Below, piece by piece: positions 8,949-17,837 of a stretch of 42,816 nt of DNA. The position numbers and the translations under genes were made by a program. The notes below the pieces were generated by a model that saw only the letters and a list, made by a program, of their open reading frames with translations, was not told the origin of the DNA and made no database searches. Origin of the DNA: a virus; IMG/VR virus record IMGVR_UViG_3300023112_000003. One strand, given 5' to 3'. How positions within the stretch are numbered: position 1 is the first letter of the stretch; each line of letters begins with the position of its first letter.

Positions 8949-10076
8949 TTAACTTAGTGGGTCGTAAAAAACTACATATCTGTAATCCAAGGTCTCAGAC
9001 CCTGCCTTGGCAGTATTAACATCCAATTCTATTGTTGTAGTGGTAGCCCAGGCATCATATTTAGAAGAGACTCCCAGACCTGCGTACTCTGACCAACTAC
9101 ACATTCGTAACTTCTCAATCTCGGTACCCGAAGTTATATCTGCATAGTTTATCCAAACATAAAACATGGGTAAATAACCAAGGTTGTGTGTAACCACGGT
9201 CTTACTTCCTGCCCCGCTGGATAGAGTTAAAGTTCCAGATCCTGAGGATTGTATTTTTAAAAGTGGATATACGGAGTTAAATATTAGATTGTTATCCCCA
9301 TCAATATAGTCAAATCCCTCCTTTGCTATCTTTATCCCGTAATCTAATGGTGAAGACGGAGATGCGGATACCGAGGATGATTCTGAGGCAGACTCCGAGG
9401 ATGAAGGTGAAACAGACGAAGATTCCGAGGAAGACTCTGATAAGGAAGAGCTTGCCGAAGAAGATTCGCTACTGCTTGGAGAATTAGATGTACTCAGAGA
9501 AGCAGATTCACTAGAACTGGCACTAGAACTGATAGACGAGCTTTCGGAAGAAGCTGAATATGTAACTGTAAGGTATAAGGAATCACCGGGAATATCATCA
9601 TGTGATTGAAATTCTAAAACAGCCCCAGAAGTATCACTACTGTCGTCGTCGATAATGAATCCCATAGAGTTGCCTGATGACCACCCACCCCTATCCACTA
9701 TCTCTTGAACTATTGAGACTAAGCTCGGGGAGGTGAATGTAGGTCCACCAGACCCTGGGTTAGCAACATCCCAATCTGCACTAGCTGTAGTTTTGGTTCT
9801 ACCAGTAGGGTCCGAGGTCATTATACCGGTGTCGTCTTCGTCTATACCCCAGACTTTAGTTCTAAGGGTATTAGATCCGGAGTTATCTTCCGAGGTACCT
9901 GTTATTGTTGCAGTGAGTATGGTTGCAGCATTAGGGATAGTGACACTTTGGAACCTCACCCCTATAGTATAAGACCCGCCCCCATAACCAAAACCTATGA
10001 AACCATGGTCTACTTGCCAGGTTCCACCAAACTTATATCCGTCGTCGTCATTGTGTGATACTTGAAATGTTGCCAT
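8949..10076 (-). CDS. tail-module protein: N-terminal beta domain + poly-Ser linker + YGIKIxKEG module (375 aa)
   Basis: Start reassigned to ATG 10076 (TAATG overlap with the stop of 10076..10414). MATFQVSHNDDDGYKFGG...; Ser-rich aa 174-242; C-terminal DYGIKIAKEGFDY..HNLGYLPMF..YVVFYD. Confidence 0.7.
   Translation of the reverse strand: MATFQVSHNDDDGYKFGGTWQVDHGFIGFGYGGGSYTIGVRFQSVTIPNAATILTATITGTSEDNSGSNTLRTKVWGIDEDDTGIMTSDPTGRTKTTASADWDVANPGSGGPTFTSPSLVSIVQEIVDRGGWSSGNSMGFIIDDDSSDTSGAVLEFQSHDDIPGDSLYLTVTYSASSESSSISSSASSSESASLSTSNSPSSSESSSASSSLSESSSESSSVSPSSSESASESSSVSASPSSPLDYGIKIAKEGFDYIDGDNNLIFNSVYPLLKIQSSGSGTLTLSSGAGSKTVVTHNLGYLPMFYVWINYADITSGTEIEKLRMCSWSEYAGLGVSSKYDAWATTTTIELDVNTAKAGSETLDYRYVVFYDPLS
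9351..9557 (-). repeat. poly-Ser (SSSESxS) coding tract, 69 aa, in 8949..10076
   Basis: SASSESSSISSSASSSESASLSTSNSPSSSESSSASSSLSESSSESSSVSPSSSESASESSSVSASPSS. Confidence 0.9.
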
Positions 10077-10414
10077 TATGGTTGATCCAAATAAATTATA
10101 TAAAAGAGACTGTCGGTTCCTGAGTTCTCGTCGCAATAAAGGTATGTAGCATCTGCCATTACATCCCAGGAGGCGTTGCCGTAGCCTGTGGCTGGATGTG
10201 CTTCTGTTAAACTGTTTTGTAAAATGTAAGCATCCCACATAGGTATAAACCCTAATCCATGCTCTATGTTGGTGTCAGAGGCTATAACTGCCTGTGTGGA
10301 GACCTTTGGGCAAGTGTCAGTGCTGAGGATAGTATAAAACTTTTTGGTTGTCTCGGTAGGGGCGGATTTAACATCAGTACCCTCCTTAGAGATCTTAATA
10401 CCGTAGTTACCCAT
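10076..10414 (-). CDS. tail-module protein, YGIKIxKEG paralogue family member 3 (112 aa)
   Basis: MGNYGIKISKEGTDV..HGLGFIPMW..FYIIYLD. Confidence 0.6.
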   Translation of the reverse strand: MGNYGIKISKEGTDVKSAPTETTKKFYTILSTDTCPKVSTQAVIASDTNIEHGLGFIPMWDAYILQNSLTEAHPATGYGNASWDVMADATYLYCDENSGTDSLFYIIYLDQP

Positions 10415-10824
10415 TAGAACCCCGCTAACTGATAGCCTATTAGAATTCTGTCGTTAGTGCCATCACTAATTAATATACGGTTATTTGTCCCGTCTATTTG
10501 GACATTGGCATCACCAAGACTGAAGTCACCGGTAAAGTCCTGCCCTGTTCCTGTTAACGCAATGTATCCTGATATTGTTCCTGAGGTAGCTACGAAGTTT
10601 CCATCCATATCAACCGAGAAAGGTGCGTCGGCGAAAACGTCGTTTCCTATGTAAAGTCCTTGCTCATCGGCTTTAACTACCTTATCTGCCTCGCCTATAA
10701 ACATGCTGGTAGATTTAATAGATCCTGGGGTAGAGAAGTTCCTAGTCTCGCTTGGGGACCTTCTTGGGGAGGTTGTTATTGTCTTTATTCCTAGGGAGTT
10801 GTAGCCTAAATCTCTATAGCTCAT
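10414..10824 (-). CDS. tail fibre-like protein (136 aa)
   Basis: GLYIGNDVFADAPFSVDMDGNFVATSGTISG resembles the G(L/I)W(I/L)G..F..APF.V...G motif common in phage tail fibre/host-specificity proteins. Confidence 0.5.
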   Translation of the reverse strand: MSYRDLGYNSLGIKTITTSPRRSPSETRNFSTPGSIKSTSMFIGEADKVVKADEQGLYIGNDVFADAPFSVDMDGNFVATSGTISGYIALTGTGQDFTGDFSLGDANVQIDGTNNRILISDGTNDRILIGYQLAGF

Positions 10825-12404
10825 TGTTTGGTTTCCTCGTCTTCTCTAAACTTAGGTTTATAACCAACCTCAATTGTATGTAATTCATACATATTTTCTT
10901 TGCTGACCTCTTCTAGTAAGAATTTAATTCTCTTTCCAGATACCTTTAGTTTAATGAAATCCGAGAAACCGTCTACTTCGCCTATAGACTTCCATCCTTT
11001 GTCGTCTACTTTATATCTGACCTTGAGGCCACTTAAAAGCTCTCCATGTGCCCATAGTTCTCTGAAGTCATCAACTATCTTAGGCCCGCTGCCGTAAATC
11101 CAAGGCGTCTCAATAAAGGAAGAGAATGGTGCCGTGTTCTGGGTTCCTGATGTGAACATCTGGAATACTTCCCCGTCGTCGTTACCTATAAATAATTCTC
11201 TGCTGGAACTTGTTGTGAACATGTGGGCGTTCTTTACGCTGTCAGCTAGTTCAAGTCTGGACCAGTTATTTTGTAAAATGTTGTAGTCTAGGACCACGTT
11301 TGTTAGAGATCTACCATCAATGGAGACGTCCCCTATAAAGATATATAAATGATGTCCTCTTACCTGTGCTTTAATTTCTGATAGATTGGCTGTAGGTATA
11401 GCATCCCAGTAATCCTGTACTGGTAGGGAAATCTTAGTGTCTTGTCCACCATCGAATAGGTACATGCCGTCTGTTGAAGGCCAGAACAACCACTGTCCAT
11501 ATTCTGAGATACCCTCGTGTGAAACACAGCCGTGGTTAGATATCTGATATTTCTCGTCTGCTAATGTGAAAACATAACATCCGGCTTCGCCGCCAACAAA
11601 CATTCTCTCTCCTACCTTACCTGCCCCTGTGATGATGTCGTTAAACGTAATCCAAGCATCTGAAGCCCATGTGATAGGGGATGTTTCAGTTGTGGTTGAT
11701 CTGTAGGCTCTGCTGACGTGGGTTACGCCGTCGTAAACTGTATGTAATAAATAGATTCTGTCACCAAAATGGATGACATATTTAGCCTTTGGTGCTCCTA
11801 CGGTCTCCACAGCACTTGGGCTAGAGGAAACTGATGAGCTTTCAGAGGTTGAACTAGAGGCAGAAGAGCTAATAGAAGAGCTTGGGGAGTTACTTACCGA
11901 AAGGGAAGCACTCTCAGAGCTTGAAACTGAAGCTGAAGATGAAGCTGAAGATGATGTGGATGCTGATTCGGATGAGGATTCCTCACCTGTAGACCACTCT
12001 GTACCATCATAACTTCTTGTTGCGTCTGCGAAGTTAGCTACAAATAGTGTGTCTAAGGCCGGAGAATAGGCAAAGTCTACTTTATTTCCTGCTGTTAAAG
12101 CCTGTGATTGGCTTGTCCAGGTCCCTGTTACGTCCTTGTAGATACCTGCATTAGAAGCACCATCTATAGCAACGTAGTGTTCGTGTGTTCCGTCAGCCCT
12201 GGCAAAGTCTATACCACCTAGTATGTCCTGACCTGACGTTATTTGGGCGTTTTTAATTGCATAATCACCGGATTTCTTTAGGACCCCGATCTTACTGTAT
12301 ATAAAGTTTTGGATTTCAGCTAATTCACCGTCTTCAACGAGAAAGTGTGAGGCGTTTCTATTTATTCCTCCGGCGAGAGGTATTGTTTTATATTTAAATG
12401 CCAT
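10821..12404 (-). CDS. tail nozzle / tubular-B-like beta-propeller protein with internal poly-Ser insertion (527 aa)
   Basis: Repeated beta-blade-like segments (IYLLHTVYDG, MFVGGEAGCYVF, MYLFDGG, LYIFIGD). Ser-rich aa 142-197. Functional call rests on gene order only. Confidence 0.45.
   Translation of the reverse strand: MAFKYKTIPLAGGINRNASHFLVEDGELAEIQNFIYSKIGVLKKSGDYAIKNAQITSGQDILGGIDFARADGTHEHYVAIDGASNAGIYKDVTGTWTSQSQALTAGNKVDFAYSPALDTLFVANFADATRSYDGTEWSTGEESSSESASTSSSASSSASVSSSESASLSVSNSPSSSISSSASSSTSESSSVSSSPSAVETVGAPKAKYVIHFGDRIYLLHTVYDGVTHVSRAYRSTTTETSPITWASDAWITFNDIITGAGKVGERMFVGGEAGCYVFTLADEKYQISNHGCVSHEGISEYGQWLFWPSTDGMYLFDGGQDTKISLPVQDYWDAIPTANLSEIKAQVRGHHLYIFIGDVSIDGRSLTNVVLDYNILQNNWSRLELADSVKNAHMFTTSSSRELFIGNDDGEVFQMFTSGTQNTAPFSSFIETPWIYGSGPKIVDDFRELWAHGELLSGLKVRYKVDDKGWKSIGEVDGFSDFIKLKVSGKRIKFLLEEVSKENMYELHTIEVGYKPKFREDEETKQ
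11814..11981 (-). repeat. poly-Ser coding tract, 56 aa, inserted in 10821..12404
   Basis: ESSSESASTSSSASSSASVSSSESASLSVSNSPSSSISSSASSSTSESSSVSSSPS. Confidence 0.9.
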
Positions 12405-12407
12405 CTT

Positions 12408-13532
12408 TTACCAGTCATACATATCCTCACCAAAGATCACTTGAACTTTAGGAGAGGTTATTTTCTGTCTACCCTGTGCTAGGAATTCCATTAACTCCTC
12501 CATTGAGTCTTTGAATAGGCTTTTGAAGGTTGAGGCTGTGTCTTCGTCCTTAGTCAACCAAGCCTTATATAGAGCGTAATTTACCAATATATCCCTGGAA
12601 CCATAAGGTAATCCATGTTCTGAGGCCTCGGTGGACATTGATGTAGGTGCTTTCCAGTACCAAATAAATGCCATTCCAGAGCCACTAGGTGTTGGTCTAA
12701 TAACATAATTAGCTCCCCTAATAGCGATTTGTGGGTTTGTAGGAGAAAAGACCGTGTTTGACTCCCCCTCGAACTCACTTGTAAATTCAGCCTTGTAGGC
12801 GTTAGTTGCCACTGTGCCTGTAGGGTTTACGTCAACTCGGACGAAACCTAAGAAGTTAGTTGGTAATGTGTAAGTGGCTGTCCCGTTAGTCAAAGAGTCT
12901 GTTGTGTAGGCCTTTAAGAACTCTGGGAAGTATGTAAATATCTGATTTGTTACTTTTCTAACCCCGCCTTTAAGGTATTTGGCTACCTGTTCTCTGGTTA
13001 ACTCTTTACCTTCTGTGTCTCCGAAGTCTTCTAATACCTCGTCTGTCATAGACTTTAAGGAGTCATCTTCATATCCCGTGCCTTGAACAGCTACAGAAAG
13101 GGAAGAAAGGCTTGTTGTAGTAGCGTTGTAGTATCTAATCTTATACCAGGTAGATGAAGTACCTGCCGTGTCGTCGTATGATGTTATTGGCTGATCTAAT
13201 GTCAAATCTACTGTTGCCAAGAGGCTGTAAGAGCCACTCTCAGAAGAGGCACTGTAAATCTTAACCTGATTATATTTTATTTGGTAAATAGGAGTTCTGG
13301 CTGAATGTGCAAAGATAGGACCAGTTGTATGACCTATTGTTGTATTACCTGTAGTGCTTGTAAGCTTGATAATCTCTGTCAACTCTTCAGCAGGAACACC
13401 AAACACTGTGTAGTCGTTTGTTGCAAAACTTTTGTTATTTTCCACTGTCGAGGACGTGGCGGATGCCGCTACGTCTGTAGATAGTCTTGTATCTTGCGGT
13501 CCAAGTTTAGGATGTTCTATTTCGATTATCAT
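12408..13532 (-). CDS. head-tail adaptor / tail tubular-A-like structural protein (374 aa)
   Basis: Position between fibre and nozzle-like genes. N-terminal FN3/Ig-like segment (WYKIRYYN). Function inferred from order only. Confidence 0.4.
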   Translation of the reverse strand: MIIEIEHPKLGPQDTRLSTDVAASATSSTVENNKSFATNDYTVFGVPAEELTEIIKLTSTTGNTTIGHTTGPIFAHSARTPIYQIKYNQVKIYSASSESGSYSLLATVDLTLDQPITSYDDTAGTSSTWYKIRYYNATTTSLSSLSVAVQGTGYEDDSLKSMTDEVLEDFGDTEGKELTREQVAKYLKGGVRKVTNQIFTYFPEFLKAYTTDSLTNGTATYTLPTNFLGFVRVDVNPTGTVATNAYKAEFTSEFEGESNTVFSPTNPQIAIRGANYVIRPTPSGSGMAFIWYWKAPTSMSTEASEHGLPYGSRDILVNYALYKAWLTKDEDTASTFKSLFKDSMEELMEFLAQGRQKITSPKVQVIFGEDMYDW

Positions 13533-13544
13533 AGGTTAATTATA
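13530..13544 (-). promoter_or_regulatory. TATAAT-N6-ATG leaderless-type promoter/start (adaptor-like gene), extended -10 TGT
   Basis: Minus strand reads TGTTATAATTAACCTATG. Confidence 0.5.
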
Positions 13545-13548
13545 ACAT

Positions 13549-16500
13549 TTAGTCGTTATTAATAGTGAGTCTAATGCTTTCAGTACGGACTCTAAAAACG
13601 GGAATATCTTCAGCAACATCCCTGATACCGTGCTCTAAAATAGGAGCTGATGGGCTTGAGGACTCACTTGAAGAAACAGATGAGGATATTGAAGACGAGG
13701 CCGATGATGACACTGAAGAACTCTCTGATGAAGAGATAGATGGGCTCTCGGAAGATGATTCCGAAGATGATTCGGAACTAGACTCTGATGAAGAAGCCGA
13801 GCTACTTACTGATGATGACGGGCTTGAAGACTCCGATTCTGATTCTGACGAAGATGCAGAGCTGCTTTCTGACGAAGAGGCAGAAGATGATTCCGAGCTG
13901 GACTCGGAAGACGATACAGAACTGCTAACGGAAGCACTCTCAGATTGAGAAGAGCTCTCGCTTGAACTCACGGAAGAACTTACAGATGAAGATTCTGATG
14001 TTGAAGACGACTCCGAACTACTCTCGCTGGATGAAGCACTAGAGGATATAGAGCTACTCATAGAAGCACTCTCAGATTGAGATGCTGATTCCGAGCTAGA
14101 CACCGATGAGGATACACTAGAACTCTCAGACAAAGAGGCTGACTCGCTTGAGGAGGCGGAGCTAGATATTGAAGACGATGCTGAGGAGGACACAGAGGAA
14201 CTCTCAGACATAGATGCAGATTCTGAGCTACTTATAGATGACGATAAAGATGAGCTTGGTGACCCTGATGCCGACTCTGAGGATGAGACAGAGGAAGACT
14301 CCGAAGACGATTCTGACAATGAAGCGGACTCAGAACTGGATTCAGAAGAGCTTACAGAAGAACTAACAGAAGCACTTTCCGAACTTGATTCAGATAATGA
14401 CGCAGATTCTGAGGAAGATTCAGAACTACTGACTGAAGATGATTCTGAAGATATGTCTGAATAGACATAAAATATAGCGTCGAAAGCACCACTATAATCA
14501 TTCCAAGAACTACTTTCAAGGGATGCGTAGTTTCCTGGGTGACTCCCTATACTGCCGTTAGAAAGGCCTGCCTGTAAGTAGTCGGTAGCGTGACCAGGAA
14601 ATTCAACAGTTACTACATATTTTGTGTCATTTGTTAGCGTTATCTTGTTAGCCCCGGTGAAGTTGAATGATATTAAACCAAACGATGTAGTTATTGTAGA
14701 GATATCCACATTCTCGGACGTAGCCAATGCCGCCCCAGTAGGTACAGAGGAGCTTCCGTAAACCCCACTATGGGCATATATCTTGGAGACCATGTTACCT
14801 GTTGGGGAATTAACTTTTCTTAAATAAAACTTTGATAGTTTAAGTATCTCCCCGTTACCGTTAAATGATTGGGAGGTTGCATCTGTCACAGCATCGTGTG
14901 TGTTGTATGTGGTTTGGTTAGCTTCCGGGTGACTAGATACTATACTTGGTGGGATTTCCCCTTCTGAAGGTGATGGTGATTCACTAGATGACTCAGAACT
15001 ACTTATAGAACTGGAGGCAGATGATGACTCAGAGCTAGAAATGGATGAAGAAACACTGGAAGATTCGCTTGACGATTCTGATAATGATGCTGATTCGCTG
15101 GATGACTCGGAAGAGCTTGCTGAAGACGATATAGAACTGCTGGCTGACGAGGACGCAGATGAACTTTCCGAAAGTCCCTCCGCCGTCCAGAATGTACTTG
15201 GTGAGTTTTGGTTGTTGTAAACTGTAGTTACCCAATCATCTGTCCTAGACCCGTTAATAACTCTAGCCTCATCTAAAAGACCGGACATATAGTCAGCAGC
15301 GTTATCTCCAGCTCTTCCTAACGAAAAGTTTGAACTGGATGCAGTTGGAGAACCACTTGCTGTACCTTCAGTCTTAGTTGTGTTTACAAATATCTTTAAT
15401 TTAGTATTGGATGAATCATAGATACCAGTAATCAATCTCTGAGTACCCGTACCTGTATAGGCTGAGGCGGAGTATATCTCACTTGTAGTAGTAAGACCGT
15501 CCATTCTAAAAGAGAACTTATCAGCGTTACCGCCTCCTTGGTCTACCTTAGCCCTGAATAAGAACCTTGCAGAACCTCCCCCGCTGTCTCTTAATCCCAT
15601 CAGCTTCATGTTAACTGCATTATCGTCTCTTGCTACCCAAGCCTGAAATACCTGAGAACCAGATATATCAGTGTTTGCTGCTGCATTAGTTAGGTACTCT
15701 GTGGAAGCGTCATCAAAATCCCAACCATCTCCTATTTTAGCTGCAGCGTAATCTGGTGCTGTGCCTGGAGCCATGTGATATTCATTAGAAGTACTATCGT
15801 TACCACTGTTACCGTGCCAAACTCCTTGATAACCATTGCTCCATACAGCCTCACTACCATAAGAAGCTAAATCTCTAGCTTGCGGTGTAGCTGTAGCGTT
15901 GTCCCCCCATAGATAAATAGTATCGTCTGCATCGTATTGTAAAGTTGGAATCTTAACGTGTACCTCTGCGAGACTATTCTCTGTATCCCATGTAACTATT
16001 TCATGTGCAAGTTGTGTTGTTCCCGCTTCGTCTGAGGAGAATCTAACGTCTGCTCCTCCGTTGTACATAGCAGTTATTTCTGCGTCTGATAAAGCTCTGT
16101 CCCAAATGGCTACATCATCCAAAGTGCCATCCAGCGGGAAAAAGCCGTCATACTGTCTAGCTAGGTTGAAAGTACCGTTAACATCTGTTGCACTTCCAGT
16201 CGCAGATTCTTCGTATTTTACCCCGTTAACAAATATCCCAAGTTTACCCGCCGCTGAGTCATATCTACCAACAATGTGATACCAATTATTGATTTGGAGG
16301 GCAGTCGGGTGGATTACGCTTGTGTCCGTCAGACCAGGCATATCAAAACGTGGTTTGTATGTGGTGGCACTTATAATTAACCTTTTGTTTCCAGTTGCAG
16401 ATGACTTACTCATTAAATGATGCCAGTTAGCCAAAACATCTGGGTTAACCCAGCAACTCCATGTCTGTGAACCCGATATTTCTAAGTTCGCACAAGAAGC

Positions 16501-16848
16501 GTCTGCGACGGTTAGATAGTCACCTGCGGTGTCATCCGTTCTAACAAAGTCTGCACCATTACCAAACTTTGCTGCTGGGTATGAAGGGCCATCTGCCGTT
16601 GTCAAAGTATATCCATTACCAGAACTATCGGTTCCATCCGCTTCCAACCTCCAATAACCCTGTAAATTAGCGTCATTTAATAAATAGTTTGTGTTTATTT
16701 CCTGTCCCTGGGTATTGGTAAAAGTTCCAGCGGTAATTTCCGATTCAGTTATAAGTAATGGGATGTTGGTATGATCGGAAGAACCAGACACTTTCGTATT
16801 GTCTGTTGTTAGTTTTTCTAATGCTGTCCATCCAGTAGGGAATGCCAT
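13549..16848 (-). CDS. giant lectin-like fibre: LamG + DUF2341-like + LamG + poly-Ser + beta domain + 269-aa poly-Ser tail (1099 aa)
   Basis: Two Laminin_G_3 signatures: LDDVAIWDRALSDAEI at about aa 240-258 and LLDEARVINGSRTDDW at about aa 523-540. DUF2341-like DVRFSSDEAGTTQLAHEIVTWDTENSLAEVHVKIP..IYLWGDN. Ser-rich aa 559-628 and 799-1067. Confidence 0.8.
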   Translation of the reverse strand: MAFPTGWTALEKLTTDNTKVSGSSDHTNIPLLITESEITAGTFTNTQGQEINTNYLLNDANLQGYWRLEADGTDSSGNGYTLTTADGPSYPAAKFGNGADFVRTDDTAGDYLTVADASCANLEISGSQTWSCWVNPDVLANWHHLMSKSSATGNKRLIISATTYKPRFDMPGLTDTSVIHPTALQINNWYHIVGRYDSAAGKLGIFVNGVKYEESATGSATDVNGTFNLARQYDGFFPLDGTLDDVAIWDRALSDAEITAMYNGGADVRFSSDEAGTTQLAHEIVTWDTENSLAEVHVKIPTLQYDADDTIYLWGDNATATPQARDLASYGSEAVWSNGYQGVWHGNSGNDSTSNEYHMAPGTAPDYAAAKIGDGWDFDDASTEYLTNAAANTDISGSQVFQAWVARDDNAVNMKLMGLRDSGGGSARFLFRAKVDQGGGNADKFSFRMDGLTTTSEIYSASAYTGTGTQRLITGIYDSSNTKLKIFVNTTKTEGTASGSPTASSSNFSLGRAGDNAADYMSGLLDEARVINGSRTDDWVTTVYNNQNSPSTFWTAEGLSESSSASSSASSSISSSASSSESSSESASLSESSSESSSVSSSISSSESSSASSSISSSESSSESPSPSEGEIPPSIVSSHPEANQTTYNTHDAVTDATSQSFNGNGEILKLSKFYLRKVNSPTGNMVSKIYAHSGVYGSSSVPTGAALATSENVDISTITTSFGLISFNFTGANKITLTNDTKYVVTVEFPGHATDYLQAGLSNGSIGSHPGNYASLESSSWNDYSGAFDAIFYVYSDISSESSSVSSSESSSESASLSESSSESASVSSSVSSSESSSESASLSESSSESSSVSSSESASGSPSSSLSSSISSSESASMSESSSVSSSASSSISSSASSSESASLSESSSVSSSVSSSESASQSESASMSSSISSSASSSESSSESSSTSESSSVSSSVSSSESSSQSESASVSSSVSSSESSSESSSASSSESSSASSSESESESSSPSSSVSSSASSSESSSESSSESSSESPSISSSESSSVSSSASSSISSSVSSSESSSPSAPILEHGIRDVAEDIPVFRVRTESIRLTINND
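13648..14454 (-). repeat. poly-Ser coding tract, 269 aa, C-terminal region of the 1099-aa fibre
   Basis: Residues 799-1067 are almost entirely S with periodic E/A/V/L/I/P (SSSESASLSESSSESxSVSSS...). Confidence 0.95.
14965..15174 (-). repeat. poly-Ser coding tract, 70 aa, internal linker of the 1099-aa fibre
   Basis: Residues 559-628: LSESSSASSSASSSISSSASSSESSSESASLSESSSESSSVSSSISSSESSSASSSISSSESSSESPSPS. Confidence 0.95.
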
Positions 16849-16860
16849 GTGTTAATTATA
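16846..16860 (-). promoter_or_regulatory. TATAAT-N6-ATG leaderless-type promoter/start (1099-aa fibre)
   Basis: Minus strand reads AGGTATAATTAACACATG. Confidence 0.5.
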
Positions 16861-16865
16861 CCTTT

Positions 16866-17837
16866 TTATAGCGTGGGAGTAGAGTCCTTGACCTGTTGTA
16901 GCTCCTCTTCTGTCCAGCCTGGAACAGGCCAGAATTTCTCTAGAAGCCATGACAGGGGCAAAATCTGTCCCTCAAAAGTGCTGTTGTAAAATACTTCTTT
17001 CGCTTTCTTCTTGGCCCTTCTTACTTGACTTCCGGGTAACTTGTATGGAAACCCAAAATCCCCTCCTTGAGTTCTAAACATATGTCCATAATAGGTGTCG
17101 TGGTTTATTACCACTCTCCCACCAGAAAGCCATGTTTTTACTGCCACTTCGATGCCTTGAGATCCCCAACTACCAAATGTTTCGCTATCGCAGATCTTCA
17201 ATTCCCAATATTTGTCTCTAGTCATCATAAAACAAGACCCTTGTAAGGACATGGAGTCTGTTAAACCCTCTCTTTCTAGGGCCTCTAGATACTCATGTCT
17301 CTTATAGTATTCTCTAAAGTATTGAAAGTGTGGTTCTGAATCGAATCTATAAGCCCTGCTCTGTGGGTTGGTCTTAGCCACCCACATCATTTTTCTTCTT
17401 ATCTTATCCGTCTTGCCACAATCAGGGCATTTATCTGGGGTTCTACCTTGGTAGGTCTTCCATCCGCAGTGATAACATTTCCAATCAAAAGCCCAAAGGT
17501 TTCTCATTATAGGGGCCATAGTGTAGTTATCCTTCATCTTAGCCATCATTTTTACATCAAAACCTTTGTCAAATGCACAATGAGCGTCAACCTTCATCAC
17601 ATACTTAGCCTCAGACAGCTTACAAGCCTCATTTGTGGCCTCTCTCTGTCCTACAGACACTGGGTGGTATATGATGGTCACTCTGTCGTCCTGAACGACT
17701 GGGGGGTCACTCCAGGCCCCGTCGAGCACTGCTATAATTTCGGTGTTACCTTCAATGTTCTCTAAGGCATTCTCTATAGTTTTTGCCAAAAATATTTCAT
17801 TCCTAGATGGGATTAAGATGGATAGGTCGTATTTCAT
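16866..17837 (-). CDS. GT2-family glycosyltransferase (GT-A fold, DxH type) with Zn-ribbon insertion
   Basis: LSILIPSRNE, VLDG, KVDAHCAF, GSQGIEVAVKTWLSGGRVV. CYHC..CPDC insertion at aa 121-141. Paralogue of 20466..21356. Confidence 0.8.
   Translation of the reverse strand: MKYDLSILIPSRNEIFLAKTIENALENIEGNTEIIAVLDGAWSDPPVVQDDRVTIIYHPVSVGQREATNEACKLSEAKYVMKVDAHCAFDKGFDVKMMAKMKDNYTMAPIMRNLWAFDWKCYHCGWKTYQGRTPDKCPDCGKTDKIRRKMMWVAKTNPQSRAYRFDSEPHFQYFREYYKRHEYLEALEREGLTDSMSLQGSCFMMTRDKYWELKICDSETFGSWGSQGIEVAVKTWLSGGRVVINHDTYYGHMFRTQGGDFGFPYKLPGSQVRRAKKKAKEVFYNSTFEGQILPLSWLLEKFWPVPGWTEEELQQVKDSTPTL

Noticed and set aside
10077-10238. N-terminal 54-codon extension of track ORF 8949..10238 (MGCLHFTKQFNRSTSSHRL...).
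   Set aside because: It overlaps the well-supported paralogue gene 10076..10414 in another frame and has Cys/Arg-rich junk-like composition. The internal ATG at 10076 forms a TAATG stop/start junction, so the gene was shortened to 8949..10076.
13565-13948. Plus-strand ORF encoding an Asp/Glu/Leu-rich 127-aa protein. Similar acidic plus-strand ORFs are at 11773..12012 and 22698..23408.
   Set aside because: These are antisense shadows of the minus-strand poly-Ser tracts: reverse complements of Ser codons read as GA(N)/(N)GA-type acidic codons. They have no SD or promoter and interrupt a tightly packed minus-strand operon.
13648-14454. Poly-Ser coding region considered as a DNA tandem repeat, VNTR or CRISPR-like array.
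   Set aside because: There is no constant DNA repeat unit or spacer structure. Periodicity exists only at the peptide level, with all six Ser codons intermixed.
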